The position numbers were made by a program, and so were the translations under genes. Shown piece by piece: positions 61,701 to 64,000 of a stretch of 64,000 nt of DNA. Location of the stretch: NCBI GenBank assembly GCA_028376655.1, contig JAONAZ010000004.1, forward strand, positions 1,201 through 65,200. Direction: 5' to 3'. Each line of letters opens with the position of its first letter. Positions within the stretch are counted from its first letter, which is position 1. The notes beneath the pieces are model-generated. The model saw nothing but the letters and a program-made list of their open reading frames with translations. It made no database searches and was not told the origin of the DNA. The stretch is from Acidimicrobiia bacterium (GTDB lineage: Bacteria > Actinomycetota > Acidimicrobiia > Actinomarinales > Actinomarinaceae).

Positions 61701-64000
61701 GATAGTTTAGGAAGTTGTTCAAGTGGATCTGCAACATCTACATTTACAATGAATAATAGTAATTCCGCAACTACGAATGCTTATTTTGAGGTTCAATACC
61801 AAGTGACTGATGCAGATGGTAATACGGGAGCCTGGCAGTCGAAACTTTCTAATCAATCAGTTGCTAAGAACGATTCCGAAACAACAACTCAATCTATAAA
61901 TGTGGGTGAGAAGATTAAATGGAAATATAGGACATCTACATCAAGTGGATCTTTCAGTGGCAGCTATACAGAAGAGGACTTAAGTTCTGCTGTCTCCTGC
62001 TCAATAGATATAGGAGCTTCTCAGTCTCTTGGCTCCTGTTCAGGTGCATCTAAAACTTCAACACTTACTATGACAAATAGCAACTCCGCAACAACTACAG
62101 CATATTTTAATGTTCAGTACAAAATTGATAATGGTTCTTATCAAACTCATTCAAGCGGGGCCAGTGTTTCAGTTTCTAAAAATGGCTCATCAGGCCTCAC
62201 ACAATCTGTACCAAATGGATCAACAATCACCTGGCAGTACAGAACATCACAGTTTAATGGTACGTTTTCAGGAAGTTATACAGCTATAAGTGCAAGTAGT
62301 ACCGTAAGTTGTACAACACCTGCAGCCTCAGCTTCTGCCGCAAGTTGCTCCAGTGGTTCTGGAAACATAACCATGACACTTGATAACTCAGATCAAGGTG
62401 CAGCTAATTACTTTAAAGTTCAATACACAACAGACAGTCCACTCGGTTCGCAAACTTGGTCTAATGGTATCGGAGGTTCTCATGTTCAGGTGGGTGCAGA
62501 TGCAACTTCAGATGTCACCTTAGCAAGTTCAGCTATTAGTCACGGCACTACGGTGTATTTAAGATATCAGACCTCGAGTTCCACAGATTTTTCTTCAGCA
62601 TCTACAACAACTTTAAGTAGTATCACAATTGACTGCCCAGTATTAAGTGGAACTGCTTCAGCTTCCGCAGCTAGCTGTTCGAGTGGTAGTGCTGCGGTTC
62701 CAATAACACTTAATAATTCAGGATCAAACATTGCAGGCGTCTTTACAGTTAGGTATTCAACTAATGGTGGCTCGAGTTATACAACGCTTACTGCTACCTC
62801 TGTTGCTGCAGGACAGACAGATACCTCATCACTCTCTATCTCGGCACAATCACATACAACTGCGGTAATAATTAAGTACAGTGTTGCAAACTCATCTGAA
62901 GGATTAAGTCAGTCAGAGGCAACATTATCAACCATAACTATTGACTGCGAGGTAATAAGTTTGACAGCTACAAAAGCAGCCGATGGTTGCAGTAATAATG
63001 GAACTGGTCAAGGTGGGGTATTTGGTAAAACAAAAATCAATATAGACAACAGTGGAAGCAATGTTGCTGTGAATGTACGGCTTCAGAAACAAACTACTAA
63101 CGCGGTTAGTGGGGATGTAACTACATGGGCATATTTTGCCAGTGGAACAACTGGTGGAAGTAGTGGTACTTCCATTAATGCTGGTGTTACGGATACTCAG
63201 TTTAGTTTTGATAGTCACGCACATGGAACAGGAATACAATATCGTTACTCAACTAATGATGGGTCAACCTGGACAGAGATTGGATCAAAAATTACTATGT
63301 CATGTGCAGGTGTTTCTACTGCGGTTGGAACATGCTCAGTTTCTAGTACTCAAACAACAACAATAACTCTTAATAGTGGCTCCCAAGCAACAGTATCAGT
63401 TTTTTACAGGGTAGAATATTCAACTAACAGTGGTTCTTCATGGACTGAATTAAAAAATGATGAGGAGGTTACGGCTAATTCATCTGAAACTTATAACGGA
63501 CCAGTGTTAGCTAATGGTGAAACTGTTCAATGGAGATATAGTTCCAGAAAATCTGGAACATCACATGATAGTTCCTCATGGGTAACGGATGAGACAGATA
63601 TACCTGGTGTAGATCCGACCCTTTCTTATACTGCTAATTGTCCAATTCAGAACCCTACAACCACAACCACAACCACAACTACAACTTCAACCACAACTAC
63701 AACTACAACTACAACTACAACCACGACTCTCCCTCCAACAACGACTACTACGCTCAAACAGGAGATATTTAAACCATCATTATTTGTAAACAGATCTTGT
63801 TCAGACGGTGGTGGAGCATCATTTGGGATTACAGCTCTAAATGTAAGTTCCACAGTGGGTGCAGATATTAGAGTAAAAGTCTGGGTAGACAGCAAAAGAG
63901 TATTCTTTAATACGTATAAAGTTGGCGCTAATAATAATATATTCATCACGTCTATTGGTGGTGTGCCAGAAGATTCTAATTTTAAGATAAAGATTGTTTT
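58782..64000 (+). CDS. Giant secreted/cell-surface repeat protein, 3'-truncated by the window edge (at least 1,739 codons); absent from the supplied ORF track
   Basis: Hand translation from ATG 58782 (the first ATG after an in-frame TAG at 58740) finds no stop through 63998. The N-terminal hydrophobic segment has a PEPAFA/SGE cleavage-like site. A non-repeat head of about 300 aa follows, then 12 tandem modules of ~104 aa, a poly-Thr linker, and at least one more module. Confidence 0.88.
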   Translation, partial: MINQVIGVLLFAPKVFRSIFRISTLKKLLSVTLSFIMLVSIAYTFIETVDPEPAFASGEFNCVDSDGRTYIYQSTWSSGTLTINRGVNNDAGSFSTSVIETFSSWDLGNIDEVNSLSITSDGEMFAILKRTNTTQAYLYKLNYNASGNGTTTRISSIDIGTGDNNAASNYEVTTGGTTYKYIFTSKGFFNGNQKVIRINGDGSYKVITPTITNGGNGSNKAKDFAWVSNHPSGNDFVGYDSSNNDLLGAEITAHTNHGASNEAITIDLSVINGNIGSGIGSNSGAAMSLGNGDVYFLENSTGDLWLYDQSAGSLTETNDDFSSSSNTDGAGCGIGLSGNDEWVPAFSAAQGSCSGSNKTVAVTLNNSGSDEAANYVVTYTIASSTSTLTSGTSVNGGASNTSLSVPAQANGTSVQLNWYAENSTYGLRSPSSGTTSVTISVDASSCSSDVTWSISTTVNTCWLGRANVSIAFAASASGNTQYFDVEWSTDQSNWTSLVDGGALAAGDTDTYTTTAVNDGGTVYFHYRYGDSNPSSGSWLTTNVTNRTIDCDLMITVSTSLGSCSNGSATTTVSFVASDNGNTQYYDLQRRVDSGSWVTILDGESIAGGETNNHTATLGSGAYEWQYRIGDSNPSSGSYTSNGISGSTLTSRTVDCDVTFTISTSINSCSSGAATVSIAFAASAAGNTQYFDVQWSTDQSNWTNLVDGGGLTSGDTDTYTTSAVADGATVYFQYRYGDSNPSSGSFVNTNVTNRTIDCDYIDLSFSESFSSCSSGAKTATFAITNSSSATTHAFLLVEYSTDGGSSWTQKVANQEVEENETINLTQSVAHGQTIQWRYKTSISSGSFTGSYTERTESSTVSCPVIDSSVSQALGNCSSGAKVSTFTMSNSDSANTAAYFNVQYKIDNGSYQNASNTNVSVSANGSATLTQSVPHGSTITWQYRTSTTSESFSGSYTAISASSEVDCPVIDTTVSDSLGSCSSGSATSTFTMNNSNSATTNAYFEVQYQVTDADGNTGAWQSKLSNQSVAKNDSETTTQSINVGEKIKWKYRTSTSSGSFSGSYTEEDLSSAVSCSIDIGASQSLGSCSGASKTSTLTMTNSNSATTTAYFNVQYKIDNGSYQTHSSGASVSVSKNGSSGLTQSVPNGSTITWQYRTSQFNGTFSGSYTAISASSTVSCTTPAASASAASCSSGSGNITMTLDNSDQGAANYFKVQYTTDSPLGSQTWSNGIGGSHVQVGADATSDVTLASSAISHGTTVYLRYQTSSSTDFSSASTTTLSSITIDCPVLSGTASASAASCSSGSAAVPITLNNSGSNIAGVFTVRYSTNGGSSYTTLTATSVAAGQTDTSSLSISAQSHTTAVIIKYSVANSSEGLSQSEATLSTITIDCEVISLTATKAADGCSNNGTGQGGVFGKTKINIDNSGSNVAVNVRLQKQTTNAVSGDVTTWAYFASGTTGGSSGTSINAGVTDTQFSFDSHAHGTGIQYRYSTNDGSTWTEIGSKITMSCAGVSTAVGTCSVSSTQTTTITLNSGSQATVSVFYRVEYSTNSGSSWTELKNDEEVTANSSETYNGPVLANGETVQWRYSSRKSGTSHDSSSWVTDETDIPGVDPTLSYTANCPIQNPTTTTTTTTTTSTTTTTTTTTTTTTLPPTTTTTLKQEIFKPSLFVNRSCSDGGGASFGITALNVSSTVGADIRVKVWVDSKRVFFNTYKVGANNNIFITSIGGVPEDSNFKIKIV
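59778..63641 (+). repeat. Array of 12 tandem coding modules (102-119 codons; four are exactly 312 nt), each with exactly two Cys
   Basis: Module ends (the terminal Cys codon) fall at 60119, 60431, 60746, 61052, 61364, 61676, 62000, 62312, 62636, 62948, 63305 and 63641. The recurrent pattern is C-x(9-20)-C-S-(S/G)-G...T-(F/L)-x-(M/L)-x-N-S...(Y/F)-F-x-V-(Q/E)-(Y/W)...G-x-T-(I/V)-x-(W/F)-x-Y-R...(D/S)-C. Confidence 0.85.
63657..63752 (+). repeat. ACN trinucleotide microsatellite encoding a T10-S-T13-LPP-T5 linker
   Basis: Read directly: aca acc aca acc aca acc aca act aca act tca acc aca act ... The antisense poly-Val ORF in the track (63647..63949 -) is its shadow. Confidence 0.9.

Noticed and set aside
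59778-63752. The regularly spaced repeats could be a CRISPR array or a non-coding satellite.
   Set aside because: The period is about 312 nt, far larger than CRISPR repeat-spacer units. The repeats are diverged mainly at synonymous sites and lie in one uninterrupted reading frame. No cas genes are present.
59903-63949. Tracked ORFs 59903..60220 (-), 62928..63239 (-), 63136..63366 (+) and 63647..63949 (-, poly-Val).
   Set aside because: All lie inside the continuous giant + strand ORF (frame beginning 58782), which has coherent repeat structure. The poly-Val ORF is simply the antisense reading of the (ACN)n poly-Thr tract.

Overview
The window is about 97% coding, AT-rich (roughly one-third G+C by eye) and looks like a highly streamlined actinobacterial chromosome. 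Lineage markers are a WhiB-family regulator, F420 genes cofD/cofE next to a mannose-activation cluster, a DUF3107-like protein, a mycoredoxin-like protein and a PASTA-bearing class A PBP. Gene order, from my recollection of Mycobacterium, resembles manC-fbiA-fbiB...manB-PMI-sahH, tatD-ksgA-ispE-tRNA-Gln-glmU-prs and hom-thrC. A marine or freshwater low-GC actinobacterium (Ca. Actinomarinales-like) is my inference only. I call about 58 CDSs, mostly housekeeping: E2 acyltransferase, a fused lipB-lipA, tkt, pepA, PBP1, prpC/prpD, ahcY, secA, prfB, ftsEX with an M23 peptidase, smpB, ggt, trxA, rsmI, tatD, rsmA, ispE, glmU, prs, hom and thrC. I also call one tmRNA and one tRNA-Gln(UUG). I found no rRNA, CRISPR array, transposase, integrase, recognisable defence genes or convincing intrinsic terminator. 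Main observations: (1) An ORF of at least 1,739 codons (58782 to the window edge) is missing from the supplied track. It encodes a secreted protein with 12 tandem modules of about 104 aa, each holding exactly two cysteines, followed by a poly-Thr linker. (2) A carboxymuconolactone-decarboxylase/AhpD-like gene is split in the track by an in-frame TGA at the second Cys of its CxxC motif. A GC-rich hairpin with a GGUC loop follows the TGA, making it a selenoprotein candidate. (3) prfB has the classic +1 frameshift site, which the track misses. (4) LipB and LipA are fused in a single ORF. (5) Nine of ten convergent gene pairs physically overlap at their 3' ends. (6) A perfect TGTGA-N6-TCACA CRP-type site lies upstream of whiB. 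(7) A three-part lipid-linked glycosylation module (GT2, GtrA, large GT-C-like membrane protein) sits inside the mannose-activation cluster. (8) Two large multidomain peptidoglycan-binding exoproteins are present. All homology calls rest on motifs I read by eye; no searches were run.
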